NCBI GenBank assembly: GCA_034004105.1
Contig: JAVEXE010000001.1
Span: 1-61,410, forward strand
DNA: 61,410 bases
From: Azonexus sp.
GTDB taxonomy: Bacteria > Pseudomonadota > Gammaproteobacteria > Burkholderiales > Rhodocyclaceae
Direction of reading: 5' to 3'
A program made the position numbers and the translations under genes. This document shows, one piece after another, positions 39,007-49,500 of the stretch (its first letter is position 1; every line of letters begins with the position of its first letter). The notes below the pieces were generated by a model. That model had not been told where the DNA came from. It made no database searches and saw only the letters and a list, made by a program, of their open reading frames with translations.

Positions 39007-40236
39007 TCACCCCAGCACGCTCTTCAACGCCCCCCTGACCAACCTCTCCTCGGGAAACGATACCAACAATTTCCTGACACTTTCCATAACCACAACCTTG
39101 CATCCGGCAATCTCGCCGGCTTTCATGGTGCCATCGAAGATAGCCCTGACCTCGCTCATGGTGGGATCGTACGCCCGTCCGGTACAGATCCAGTGCAGCG
39201 CTAGCAAACCACAGTTCAAGGCAAAACCAGGTTCGGCTTCAGTAAAGTCATCCACTGCTCGCAACAGCGTACGGTGATCGACTGGGGATTTACGCGCAAG
39301 ATCGAGTGCAACGTCAAACAGCTTCGCGTCCTTGGCTGCAGCGAACCATTTCCCCTCCTCTCCTGGCGTCCGATCCACCAGGTCAGCAAGGATCGATGCC
39401 GGCGTGTGTCCCGGATATTTCTTGCAGATCGCGCGGAAGGTGGCCAGATAGGTGCCGGCCTGATTGGCTTCGAAGGCGTATCGCGCGTAGGCTTCGTCGG
39501 CCATGCCGGAGGCAAGAAGAATCCCCTCACAGACCTCATCGATCCGAGATGAAGGCTCGTTCAAGCCCCGCGTTTCTTCGGCATACCGGATTGCCTCGGC
39601 TTTGCGCCCCAGGGCGACCAGGGCCTGGACTCCCCATTGTCGGTACGCCCAGAACTTGCGTGGATAAAGATCAATGAGTGCCAACAGACGCTCATGCTGT
39701 TCGGATGCGAGAAGTGCAGAAAGGCACATGGACGTGCCATGGAAGAAACCGTACTCCTCGTTGCTTCGACGCCAAACATGTTCGACGGTCTCGGCTAGTC
39801 GATCAGCCCATTCACTGGCAATTTCTGGGGTAGCGCAAAGTTCGCCCCAGTAATCGCCCATCGCCTCAATGTAGGGGATCTGGTCGTCCGCGTGTGCCTG
39901 ATATAACTTCTCAAGCCATTTGCGCCGAAGATCGTGGTCGACGGGGGCCTTGGCAATAACAGGAACCAGCGTCTCGATGGCACGATTGACGGCGGTGCCT
40001 ATGGCGCCTGAGGAACCATCGATGTTCTGGAGAGCCGGTGAGAGTTTCTGGAGGAACAGGATCGCGCCTTCGGCGCCAAGAATGGGATCCTTCTTCGAGG
40101 TTGCCTTGATTTCCGACACGGCTTCCTTGATCCGGGTGATCGCCGGTTCTGAGCGCCAGCCGAAGGCACCGGCCCGAAACCTCGCGGCAAACGCCCAAGA
40201 GTGCTTGAGCATGACCACTTTACTCATCATACTCAA
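39007..40236 (-). CDS. Hypothetical alpha-helical protein (~405 aa)
   Basis: Long ORF with normal composition, overlapping the upstream gene; no catalytic motif recognised. Confidence 0.7.
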   Translation of the reverse strand: MSMMSKVVMLKHSWAFAARFRAGAFGWRSEPAITRIKEAVSEIKATSKKDPILGAEGAILFLQKLSPALQNIDGSSGAIGTAVNRAIETLVPVIAKAPVDHDLRRKWLEKLYQAHADDQIPYIEAMGDYWGELCATPEIASEWADRLAETVEHVWRRSNEEYGFFHGTSMCLSALLASEQHERLLALIDLYPRKFWAYRQWGVQALVALGRKAEAIRYAEETRGLNEPSSRIDEVCEGILLASGMADEAYARYAFEANQAGTYLATFRAICKKYPGHTPASILADLVDRTPGEEGKWFAAAKDAKLFDVALDLARKSPVDHRTLLRAVDDFTEAEPGFALNCGLLALHWICTGRAYDPTMSEVRAIFDGTMKAGEIAGCKVVVMESVRKLLVSFPEERLVRGALKSVLG

Positions 40237-40780
40237 TCACGAGCTCAGCCTGCCCATCAAGAATTCCTAGTTCTGCAAGATTGTTTCCCGATGCACTGGA
40301 ATCCACGATGCGGTGGAGCAGCGCGTAAGACACCCGCCACTGCTGGTTTCCCACCATCAGGGTGACAGTCTTGTCGTTCAGGCGGACGATCTGGCCGCTT
40401 CGCTGCTGCTGATTGCGATCGACGAATCCGACCACGTCGCCGATCGCGACTGCGTTTCGTCCAAGCCCCTCTTTCGGTTGCTCGCGAATCTCGACATCGG
40501 CACCATCCAGATTGATCGCCGAGTAGTTGATAAGCCAGCGCTTTTGCGTCTCGAGATCAAGGACGACAGCTTGCTTGCGACGCATCTCCAGCAGCTGCCC
40601 CTTGAAGGCACGATTGGCCTGCGGGTCGAAATATTCGATGCTCTGTCCGACGCGCAACTGCGCTCGAACGGCAGTCATCCAGCCCGGTTGGTCGAGGACA
40701 CGATCAATGGCGGCCCGAAGACGGAAGAGATCGAAGGCCGAAGCCTGGTTGAGAGAGGAAAGAATATCCGTATAGTTCAT
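40220..40780 (-). CDS. Hypothetical protein with two SH3/KOW-like beta-barrel repeats
   Basis: LRVGQSIEYFD...GQLLEMRRKQAVV...W and VAIGDVVGFVD...GQIVRLNDKTVTL...WRV. Confidence 0.65.
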   Translation of the reverse strand: MNYTDILSSLNQASAFDLFRLRAAIDRVLDQPGWMTAVRAQLRVGQSIEYFDPQANRAFKGQLLEMRRKQAVVLDLETQKRWLINYSAINLDGADVEIREQPKEGLGRNAVAIGDVVGFVDRNQQQRSGQIVRLNDKTVTLMVGNQQWRVSYALLHRIVDSSASGNNLAELGILDGQAELVIEYDE

Positions 40781-40919
40781 GGCGTAAGGGGCGTCGTGAT
40801 GCTGGACGCCATTTTCTCACTGGATTCAATTGCCACAACCAAGGCGGCCAACGCCGCCATCTCGACAGCAGGTTTGAAACCTCCAGCAACAATCTGATGC
40901 TTAAGATTGTTGGCGACCC

Positions 40920-41230
40920 TCGTTGTTTTATTAAAGAAAAGATTAAAAGAAGATTATGCAGTTTCCCGTGAATTGCGGATTCCATTGCCAGGACTGCGAT
41001 TGAGCCAGTTTTGCTGACGATTTTTGGCACCCACTATCCCGACATTTCAGTACCCGCTATCCCGTCATTTTGGAACCCACTATCACGATACCCGGAACCC
41101 ACTATCCCGCTCAATCTTGGCTATGTAGCACCCGCTATCCCGCGACTTCGGTCGCATTGGTACCCGCTATCCCGTGGGCCTAGACCCTTCTGTGGATAAA
41201 ACACGCTCAGAAACTGTACCCACTATCCCG
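40920..41230. repeat. oriV: AT-rich tract, 7 iterons (ACCCRCTATCCCG) and a DnaA box
   Basis: Iterons at 41029, 41052, 41075 (1 mismatch), 41097, 41130, 41162 and 41218; TGTGGATAA at 41191-99; AT-rich 40925-40957. Confidence 0.85.
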
Positions 41231-42096
41231 CGTTCGCCATTGCTTGGCAACTGCTTTTGCAAAACAACACAGTCACTTTCATCTATTCGCCAGTGCCAAC
41301 CTGTCGCCACATCGAGGCGCTCAAGTGCGCGCCGCAGAACCTGACGAAACTTCTTCAGTTCCCCCTCGACATCGGCTCCGCAAAGGCGTCTGATCGTTTC
41401 AACACGGTACCGGTAGGGGGATGCGTGAGTGGAGTAAAAGGCATGCAGCCACTGAGCAAGGGGATGCCGCCGAAGCTGCTCGCGCTGCACGTAATCGAGT
41501 TGCGTCCATTGGCCTGATCCATAAAGCAAGGCGATCTTGGGGTTGATCTCGATGACGTAGCGCCCAGTCAGTTCATCCCGCGTTCCGCCATGGATCAATG
41601 GGCCAAAATAGGTCTTGGATCCATCCGAGATCCGCACCACACACGCAGCCAGGTCATAGAGGGAATTCTTGAGCCATTCGTTGTCACTCTTTCCGGTGTT
41701 GCGACCAATGGATTTCAGGAATGCGTAGGCGGTGAATTCAATCCGCCTACCGGTGCCCTGATCCTTGCCTAGCTTCAGGCATTGTTCCCAGACATCCAAG
41801 TGGTGCTGCATGAGGTTCGGGCCTCGCGTGATGAATATCTCGATGCCATCGATGGAAGCTACATGGCGCTCGAAGGAATAGGACCGCCGCTCCTTAGGGG
41901 AAATGCCGAAAAGCGCCGATCTCAGGGCACCGTTGGGCAGACCACGCTTGTTTTCTGGCCAATCTGGCAGGCCAGCGGCAATCGCGCTCTGCTCACGTCG
42001 TTGGCGCATTCGATCCACCATCAGGGAGGCCCCAGCGCTTGCAATGGGCTCAGATGGCCCGAATGGAATGTCGAGTTGCGGAGAGGAGTCACTCAT
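41167..42096 (-). CDS. trfA: TrfA-family plasmid replication initiator
   Basis: LPDWPENKRGLPNGALRSALF, LAQWLHAFYSTH, YRVETIRRLCG; next to iterons. Confidence 0.88.
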   Translation of the reverse strand: MSDSSPQLDIPFGPSEPIASAGASLMVDRMRQRREQSAIAAGLPDWPENKRGLPNGALRSALFGISPKERRSYSFERHVASIDGIEIFITRGPNLMQHHLDVWEQCLKLGKDQGTGRRIEFTAYAFLKSIGRNTGKSDNEWLKNSLYDLAACVVRISDGSKTYFGPLIHGGTRDELTGRYVIEINPKIALLYGSGQWTQLDYVQREQLRRHPLAQWLHAFYSTHASPYRYRVETIRRLCGADVEGELKKFRQVLRRALERLDVATGWHWRIDESDCVVLQKQLPSNGERGIVGTVSERVLSTEGSRPTG

Positions 42097-42135
42097 CCGT
42101 AACTTATAGCGGACGGACCTTCATAATCTGACCCG

Positions 42136-42160
42136 AAAAGCATTCTTGGCGGATGCTTTT
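42136..42160. promoter_or_regulatory. AAAAGCAT-N9-ATGCTTTT operator upstream of trfA
   Basis: Perfect arms, about 40 bp before the trfA ATG. Confidence 0.7.
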
Positions 42161-42226
42161 CAAATTAATCACGGTAGATATCTGCCCGTCAGACAATTCT
42201 TTCGAAATTGCCGTTGCAACCCTGTG

Positions 42227-42253
42227 GTATTACAATTAACATTAAGGTAATAC
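42227..42253. promoter_or_regulatory. vapBC autoregulatory inverted repeat GTATTAC-N13-GTAATAC
   Basis: Directly upstream of the vapB RBS. Confidence 0.55.
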
Positions 42254-42268
42254 GTAAGGAGTCGCTAA

Positions 42269-42508
42269 ATGGCAACAACTCTCACCAGCAAGGGACAGGT
42301 CACCATACCAAAGCAGATCCGCGATGCACTGAACCTCGCCCCGGGGGCATCTGTGGAATTCGCCGTCAATCGTGATGGGGAGGTGGTAATTCACAGGGTA
42401 GGTGTGCAACCAAACCACAAGCCAGACCGTTTTGATGTAGCGCGCGGCAAGGCAGATGTGAAGTGGCGAACCGATGAACTGATGGCTCTGCTACGCGGCG
42501 AGGCTTGA
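42269..42508 (+). CDS. vapB: AbrB-family antitoxin
   Basis: TLTSKGQVTIPKQIRDALNL. Confidence 0.9.
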   Translation: MATTLTSKGQVTIPKQIRDALNLAPGASVEFAVNRDGEVVIHRVGVQPNHKPDRFDVARGKADVKWRTDELMALLRGEA

Positions 42509-42918
42509 TGCTTCTGGTCGATACCAATGTGCTGGTCGACGTTCTGGAAGATGATCCGGAATGGGCGGACTGGTCCATCGGCCAACTTCGCGCGCAGTCC
42601 AAGATTCATCGCCTGGCCATCAACCCGGTCATTTACTCCGAGTTGTCACTGACCTTTTCGACGGTCGAGGCCCTCGATCGCGCTGTCGATGACCTCGGTC
42701 TGTCGATAATCGAGATTCCTCGGCCCGCCCTGTTTCTTGCCGGCAAGGCTTTCGTGCGCTACCGCCGGCAGGGTGGCAAAAAAGAAAATGTGCTCGCCGA
42801 TTTCTTCATCGGCGCCCATGCCGCCGTGTCGCGCTTTCCCGTACTGACCCGGGATACCCGCCGCTACGCCTCCTACTTCGCCAGTGTCACCCTGATTGCC
42901 CCCGAGGCAAAGACGTAA
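42508..42918 (+). CDS. vapC: PIN-domain toxin
   Basis: LVDTNVLVD, IYSEL, ADFFIGAHA, LTRD. Confidence 0.92.
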   Translation: MLLVDTNVLVDVLEDDPEWADWSIGQLRAQSKIHRLAINPVIYSELSLTFSTVEALDRAVDDLGLSIIEIPRPALFLAGKAFVRYRRQGGKKENVLADFFIGAHAAVSRFPVLTRDTRRYASYFASVTLIAPEAKT

Positions 42919-42929
42919 GAAATTCATCG

Positions 42930-45161
42930 ATGACGACCAATCCGCATCATCTGGAAAAAGAGCTATGGGAGGCAGCCGACCAGCTGCGCGCCAACTCCAA
43001 GCTCACCGCTGCCGAATATTCGATGCCGGTGCTCGGCCTGATCTTCCTGCGCCATGCCGACAATCGCTTCAAGGATTATCTGCCCGAGATCACGGCCGAC
43101 ATCCCTCCCCAGGTGCCGGCCGCGCAGCGCGAGGAATTGATCCGCCTCGGCTTTCAGGGCAAGGCCGCCATCTACCTGCCCGAACCGGCGCGCTTCGACG
43201 CATTGGCGGGGCTGCCGCAGGGTGCCAAGGTTGGCTCGGCCATCGACGATGCCATGCAGCGCATCGAGGACGAGGTCGACATTCTCAAGGGCGCCTTGCC
43301 GCGCGGCTACACCGCCTTCGAACCCGATCTGCTGGCCGAGCTCATCAAGATTTTCAACCGTGAATCCATTCGCCGCGCGACCGGCGATGTCTTTGGCCGC
43401 ATCTACGAATACTTCCTCAACAAGTTCGCGCAGAGCGGCGCTCAGGAAGGCGGCGAGTTTTTCACGCCGCCCTCGCTGGTACGGATGATCGTCAATGTCA
43501 TCGAGCCGGATCACGGCATCGTGCTCGACCCCGCCTGCGGCTCGGCCGGCATGTTCGTGCAAACGGGCCACTTCCTCGAAGAAGTCCGACACCAGAACCC
43601 GAACGACAAAGTCACTTTCTTCGGTCAGGAGAAGTCCGACACCAACACCAAGCTGGCGCGGATGAACCTTGCCGTGCATGGACTGGACGGCAAGATCATT
43701 CAGGGCAATACCTTCTACGAGGACCATCACAACCTCGTCGGCCAGTGCAATTTCGTCATGGCCAATCCGCCGTTCAACGTTGATTCGGTGGATACCAAGA
43801 AGGTCGAGCCCTATGTGGGCGACGGCGGCCGCCTGCCTTTCGGCCTGCCCGGCACCAACGCCAAGACCGGCGCCATCTCGAATGCCAACAGTCTGTGGAT
43901 TCAGTACTTCTACAGCTACCTCAACGCCTCGGGCCGCGCCGGCTTCGTCATGGCCTCCAGTGCATCGGATGCCGGCAACAAGGACAAAGACATCCGTCAG
44001 AAGCTGGTAGAGAGCGGCAATGTCGATGTGATGGTCGCCATCGGCACCAAGTTCTTCTACACCCGCAGCCTGCCCTGCACCCTGTGGTTCTTCGACAAGG
44101 GCAAGCCCGAGGCGCTGCGCGATCACGTGCTGATGATCGACGCCCGCAACGTCTTCCACGTGGTCTCGGCGCGTTCGCATGTCTTCACTGAAGAACAGCT
44201 CGCCAACCTCAACGCCATCGTCTGGCTCTACCGGGGGCAGCACGAGAAGTTCGTCGTCCTGGTGTCCAGATACCTGACGCAAGTCGCCGACTGGCTCGCC
44301 ACCATTCCGGCGCGCATTCAGGCCGATACCGACACGGTGGGCACCCTTGCTGGACTGCTTCAGAGCTTCGCCGACAAGACCAATATCTATGAGCTGAACG
44401 GTCAGGAGCCACAGACTGCCGTTGTCGATGGTGCTCCGAATCCAGAGCCTGTAGAGGACGATGTCCGGCAAGTGCGACCGGAACAACTCGATGCCTTCCG
44501 CAACGACCTTGCCGCTGCCACGGTAGAGACGCGCGCCATTACCGACCGACTCGATGCGGCCCAGGCCGACCTTGCCGCCGCCCACCGCCGTCTCGCCAGC
44601 GCCGACTTTTCCACGCACACCTCCCAACGCGAACTCCAGGCTGCCCTTGAACCGCTACTCGGCACGATCAAGACCGCGCAGAAGGACATTGAAGCTCGCC
44701 ACAAACTCTGGCTCAAACTGCTCGACACGGCCGAGAAGCAACTACGCGCCCGCCAGTCAGCAGCCTTCGACGGTCGCCGCGCCCGCGAGCTGAAAAGGAC
44801 GTTGACCGCTGCCGATGCGAAGAAGAACGAAGAGCTCACCATCCGCGACCTCGCCATCGAGGGCCTGCGGCAGGGCGCCTATTTCATCCAGCAGACGCAC
44901 TGGCTGCACCAGCGTTTTCCAGAGGGGCGCTTCGCCGACGTACCGGGGCTATGTAAGAAAGTAACCCGTGCCGACATTGCCGCCAACGACTGGAGCCTCA
45001 CGTCCGGGCGCTACGTTGGCGTTACCACCGTTGTCGAGGAAGACGAAGACGACTTTCAGGCGCGGCTAGCCGAGATTCACGCCGAGATTGAGGAACTGAA
45101 TGGCAGGGCGGTGGAACTGGCTGAACGAATTGGGCGCAATTTTCAGGATCTGATCAGATGA
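42930..45161 (+). CDS. hsdM: Type I R-M methyltransferase subunit (long form)
   Basis: LWEAADQLRANS, GEFFTP, DPACGSAGM, NPPF (m6A). Confidence 0.95.
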   Translation: MTTNPHHLEKELWEAADQLRANSKLTAAEYSMPVLGLIFLRHADNRFKDYLPEITADIPPQVPAAQREELIRLGFQGKAAIYLPEPARFDALAGLPQGAKVGSAIDDAMQRIEDEVDILKGALPRGYTAFEPDLLAELIKIFNRESIRRATGDVFGRIYEYFLNKFAQSGAQEGGEFFTPPSLVRMIVNVIEPDHGIVLDPACGSAGMFVQTGHFLEEVRHQNPNDKVTFFGQEKSDTNTKLARMNLAVHGLDGKIIQGNTFYEDHHNLVGQCNFVMANPPFNVDSVDTKKVEPYVGDGGRLPFGLPGTNAKTGAISNANSLWIQYFYSYLNASGRAGFVMASSASDAGNKDKDIRQKLVESGNVDVMVAIGTKFFYTRSLPCTLWFFDKGKPEALRDHVLMIDARNVFHVVSARSHVFTEEQLANLNAIVWLYRGQHEKFVVLVSRYLTQVADWLATIPARIQADTDTVGTLAGLLQSFADKTNIYELNGQEPQTAVVDGAPNPEPVEDDVRQVRPEQLDAFRNDLAAATVETRAITDRLDAAQADLAAAHRRLASADFSTHTSQRELQAALEPLLGTIKTAQKDIEARHKLWLKLLDTAEKQLRARQSAAFDGRRARELKRTLTAADAKKNEELTIRDLAIEGLRQGAYFIQQTHWLHQRFPEGRFADVPGLCKKVTRADIAANDWSLTSGRYVGVTTVVEEDEDDFQARLAEIHAEIEELNGRAVELAERIGRNFQDLIR

Positions 45162-46444
45162 CCATCTCCATGAAGACCATCCGGGAGATATCCTTCGGCG
45201 TTTACGATGGCCCTCACGCAACTCCGGAACTTCATGACGAAGGTGCTGCTGTTTTTCTCGGTATACCGAATCTGCTGCCTGATGGACGGATCAACCTGAC
45301 AGCAGCAAGATGGGTCGCTGAACGTGACATCTCAAAATGGACCCGTCGCGTCACTCCACAGGCAAATGACATCGTATTCACCTACGAGGCAACGCTCAAC
45401 CGCTATGCAATCATTCCTAAAGGTGACTTTAGGTTCTGCCTGGGGCGACGCACGGCGCTTATTCGGCCTGATCCGTCACAGATCGATCATCGCTACCTCT
45501 TTTACTACTTCTTTTCGCCAAGGTGGCGCGCTCAAGTCGAAGCGAATACCCTGACAGGAGCAACGGTTGACCGCATTCCGTTGACTACATTTCCAGACTT
45601 CGACGTTTTCGTCCCGGATTTGCGAGAGCAAGGACAGATTGCGGAAATTTTGTCCGACTACGACGAGTTAATTGCCACCAATCAGCGCCGCATTAAGCTG
45701 CTTGAGGAATCTGCGCGGCTGCTCTACCGCGAGTGGTTCATCCATCTGCGCTTCCCCGGCCACGAGTCGGTGCCGGTGAAGGTCGGTTTGCCTCTGGGGT
45801 GGCGGCGTCAAACGCTGGGGAGCCTGTGCGATTCGGTTGATGGCGCCGTCGTTCAAACCGGCCCTTTTGGTTCCCAGCTACATCAGCACGACTACAAGGA
45901 CTCCGGTACGCCTGTCGTCATGCCGCAAGATATCGTGGGTGATCGCATTCGGATGAACAGGATCGCCCATGTGGATGAACAAACAGCAATCCGCCTTTCC
46001 AGGCATCGACTGCGACCACTCGACATCGTGTTTCCTCGACGAGGGGACATTACCAAGCGTGCTCTTGTGGAAACACATCAAGACGGGTTCTTGTGTGGCA
46101 CTGGCTGCTTGAAGATCAGTTTGCCGCCCGAGCCGCTTCATCCCTTACTGCTTTACTTCCAGCTCGCTGATCCGGACATGGTGAAGTGGATCGAGGGGCA
46201 GGCAGTTGGCGCAACTATGTTGAACCTCAGCGGTGCGATTCTGCGTTCGATAGAGTGCCTTGTGCCAAGCAACGATGTACAAGAGCGCTTCGTGGACAGC
46301 GCCCATGCCATTCGACAACAAATCGATTTGCTGGAAATGCAAAGCGCACACCTTGCCAACGCCCGCGATCTGCTTCTCCCCAAGCTGATGTCCGGTCAAT
46401 TGGATGTCTCCCACATCACATTGCCCGAGGAGGTCGTCGCGTGA
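45158..46444 (+). CDS. hsdS: Type I R-M specificity subunit
   Basis: Two TRDs with conserved spacers EQGQIAEIL...LYREWF and RDLLLPKLMSG. Confidence 0.93.
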   Translation: MTISMKTIREISFGVYDGPHATPELHDEGAAVFLGIPNLLPDGRINLTAARWVAERDISKWTRRVTPQANDIVFTYEATLNRYAIIPKGDFRFCLGRRTALIRPDPSQIDHRYLFYYFFSPRWRAQVEANTLTGATVDRIPLTTFPDFDVFVPDLREQGQIAEILSDYDELIATNQRRIKLLEESARLLYREWFIHLRFPGHESVPVKVGLPLGWRRQTLGSLCDSVDGAVVQTGPFGSQLHQHDYKDSGTPVVMPQDIVGDRIRMNRIAHVDEQTAIRLSRHRLRPLDIVFPRRGDITKRALVETHQDGFLCGTGCLKISLPPEPLHPLLLYFQLADPDMVKWIEGQAVGATMLNLSGAILRSIECLVPSNDVQERFVDSAHAIRQQIDLLEMQSAHLANARDLLLPKLMSGQLDVSHITLPEEVVA

Positions 46445-46563
46445 GAGTAACGAAGCTCGTGATCATCGCAGTCAGAAAAGCAGAAGGGCCCCCGAGTAGT
46501 CTCAGGAGCCCCGCGCCGGCCGCGTCGTCGCAACCCATTTGATTTGATTGTACCCTGCACTCC

Positions 46564-49500
46564 ATGGCAAAAAAGGACTACTCCGAAGATCTGCTAATCC
46601 AGGCGCCCACGGCCGAATTCCTGGAGCAGGAACTCGGCTGGCAGTCGGTTTTCGCCCACGACGAAGAGGACTTCGGGCCGGAGAGTCTGCTCGGCCGGCA
46701 TTCGGACAGGGAAACGGTTTTGCGGCGGGAGGTCGATGCCGCGCTACACCGCCTCAACCCTGGTTTGCCGGAGGAAGCCTACGCTGAGGCCCTGGGGCAT
46801 GTGTTGCTGGAAGACATCACCAAGACCCTGCTGCAGACCAACGAGGAGAAATATCGCCTGCTCAAGGATGGCGTGCCCGTCAGGGTGCGCGGCGCCGATG
46901 GCCGGCTGGCGGACAAACGCCTGCGCCTGATCGATTTCGATACGCCCGGCAATAACCGTTTTCTCGCCGTTCGTGAATTGTGGGTACGTGGGCGCCTGTG
47001 GTTACGGCGGCCCGACATCATCGGTTTCGTCAATGGCCTGCCGCTGGTGTTCATCGAGCTGAAGCGCTTCGAGGTCCATATCGACAATGCCTACAAGAAG
47101 AACTACCGCGACTACCTCGACACTATCCCGCACCTGTTCCACTGGAACGCGCTGATCGTCATCTCCAATGGTGCCGATGCCCAGTATGGTTCCATCACTT
47201 CGACGATGGAGCACTTCTACCGCTGGAAGCGCCTCGACGAGGATGATCCGGAACCGAAGGCGGATCAGCCACTGTTACCAATCCTGCTGCGCGGCATGTT
47301 GGGGCAGGACACGTTGCTCGACCTGGTCGAGAACTTTGTGCTCTTTGATCGCAGCGAGGGAGAGGTCGTCAAGATTGTCGCCCGCAACCAGCAAACCCTC
47401 GGCGTCAATCGCGTGATCGAGCGACTGGTTTCCGACGATCCGGCCGTCCGTGCCGACATGGCGATGGGACGACTGGGCGTGTTCTGGCATACCCAGGGTT
47501 CGGGCAAGTCGTATTCCATGGTGTTCCTGACCGAGAAAATCCATCGCAAGATTTCGGCCAGTTGGACTTTCGTGGTCATCACCGATCGCACCGAACTGGA
47601 TGACCAGATCGCCGGGACCTATACCAACTGTGGCAAGGCCGACAGCAAGACCGACCAGGCCAAGAGCGGCGAACAGTTGCGCAAAATGCTGCGTGACCAG
47701 AACCGGCGCTACGTGTTCGCGCTGGTGCAGAAGTATCGGGAGCTTGTGACCGAGCCGTATTCCTTGCGCCCTGACATCGTGGTGATTTCCGACGAGGCGC
47801 ATCGCACCCAGTACGGCCGGCTGGCGCTCAATATGCGCAAGGCACTGCCAAAGGCCAAGTTCATCGGCTTCACCGGCACGCCGCTGATCGACACCGCCGA
47901 AAAGCAGCTGACCCGTGAGGTGTTCGGCGACTATGTGTCGATCTACGATTTCCAGCGTGCCGTCGCGGACAAGGCGACCCTGCCTTTGTTTTACGAGAAT
48001 CGCGGTGAGAAGCTCAGGATTGTCGACCCCACTGTCAATGAACGCATCGAGCAACGTATCGAGGCGGCCCGGCAGACGGCAACGATGGATGATCCGTGGA
48101 CAGAGGAAAAGGAAGAAAAGCTTTACCGCGAACTGTCGCGCGACTACCCGATCCTGACCTCGCCCACCCGGCTGGACAAGGTGGCGCAGGATTTTGTCGA
48201 TCACTATCATCAGCGCTGGCGCGTCGTCGAGAATGGTGGTGGCAAGGCGATGCTGGTGTGCCTCGACAAGATCACCTGCGTGAAGATGCACGATCTGATC
48301 GTGGCGAAGTGGCAGGCCAAGATCGGGGAACTGGAAGGCAAGGTGGCCGCCGAGGAGGCATTGTTCGCCGCCAAGGGCAAGAACCCCGATGTCCTGCTGC
48401 AGATTCGGCGCGAGCAGGTCGAGTGGATGAAGGCCACCGAGATGTGCGTGGTCGTCTCCCAGGAGCAGGGCGAGGTGGCCGAGTTCAAGAAGTGGAAGAA
48501 CTGGCAGGACGCACCGCTCGACATCACGCCACACCGGGAAAAGATGGTGACCCGGAATCTGGAAAAGGAATTCAAGAAGGCGGACAACCCGTTCCGCGTC
48601 GCTATCGTCTGCGCGATGTGGCTGACGGGTTTCGATGTCAAATGCCTGGCCACCCTGTATCTGGACAAGCCGATGCAGGGCCATACCCTGATGCAGGCCA
48701 TCGCCCGGGTGAATCGTGTGGGCGGCGGCAAGAAACTGGGCCTGATCATCGACTACAACGGCATGCTCAAGAGCCTGCGGCGGGCCCTGGCCACTTTCGC
48801 CCAGGGGGATCGCAGTGGCGGCAAGGGTGCCGGCGAAGCGGATGCGCTGCGCGACGACAGCGAGGCCCTGGCTGAATACGCCGATAGCCTCAAGCAGGCC
48901 ACGGGGTTTCTTGGTGATCTCGGTTACGACTTGGGCGACTTGATTGCCGCTCAGGGCTTCAACAAGCAGTCGCTGATCCTGCGGGCCGTCGATCTACTCT
49001 GCGAGACCGATGAGCGGCGCAAGACTTATCAGGTGATCGTCGAGGATGTGCAGGCGCGGCATCGAGGGTTGTTCCCGCATCCTGGCCTGTTTGCGCACGA
49101 TGCCAAGGAGAGCGCGGTAAGCGCTATTTACAACAAGCTGCAGGATGCGCGCACGACGCCGGATGTCAGTGCGCTGCTGCAGTCGTTCTACGAGGTGGTG
49201 GATACCGCCTTGACCACCGATGGCGGCGGCACGCGCCTGGTCGCCAAGCAGCCGGTCAAGCAGTACGACTTGTCGAATATCGATTTCACTCGCCTGCGCG
49301 CCGAGTTCGAGAAGTCACCGTTCAAGAACGTGGTGACGCTGAACCTCAAGGAAAAGATCGAGGAGCGCTTGGCGATGATGCTGGCGCGCAATCCGACCCG
49401 CGTCGATCTCTACGAGCGCTACCAGGAGATCGTCAAGGAATACAACAAGGACAAGGATGCTGCCGAGATCCAGAAGGTAATGGACGACCTCTTCGCTTTC

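Noticed and set aside
41029-41230. Regularly spaced repeats as a CRISPR array
   Set aside because: The repeats are only 13 bp with short, irregular spacers and no cas genes; the adjacent trfA and DnaA box indicate iterons.
46441-46563. Possible accessory gene between hsdS and hsdR
   Set aside because: Only about 120 bp with a ~33-codon frame and no motif.
42963-48684. Long minus-strand ORFs 42963..44627 and 47275..48684
   Set aside because: Antisense shadows of high-GC hsdM and hsdR.
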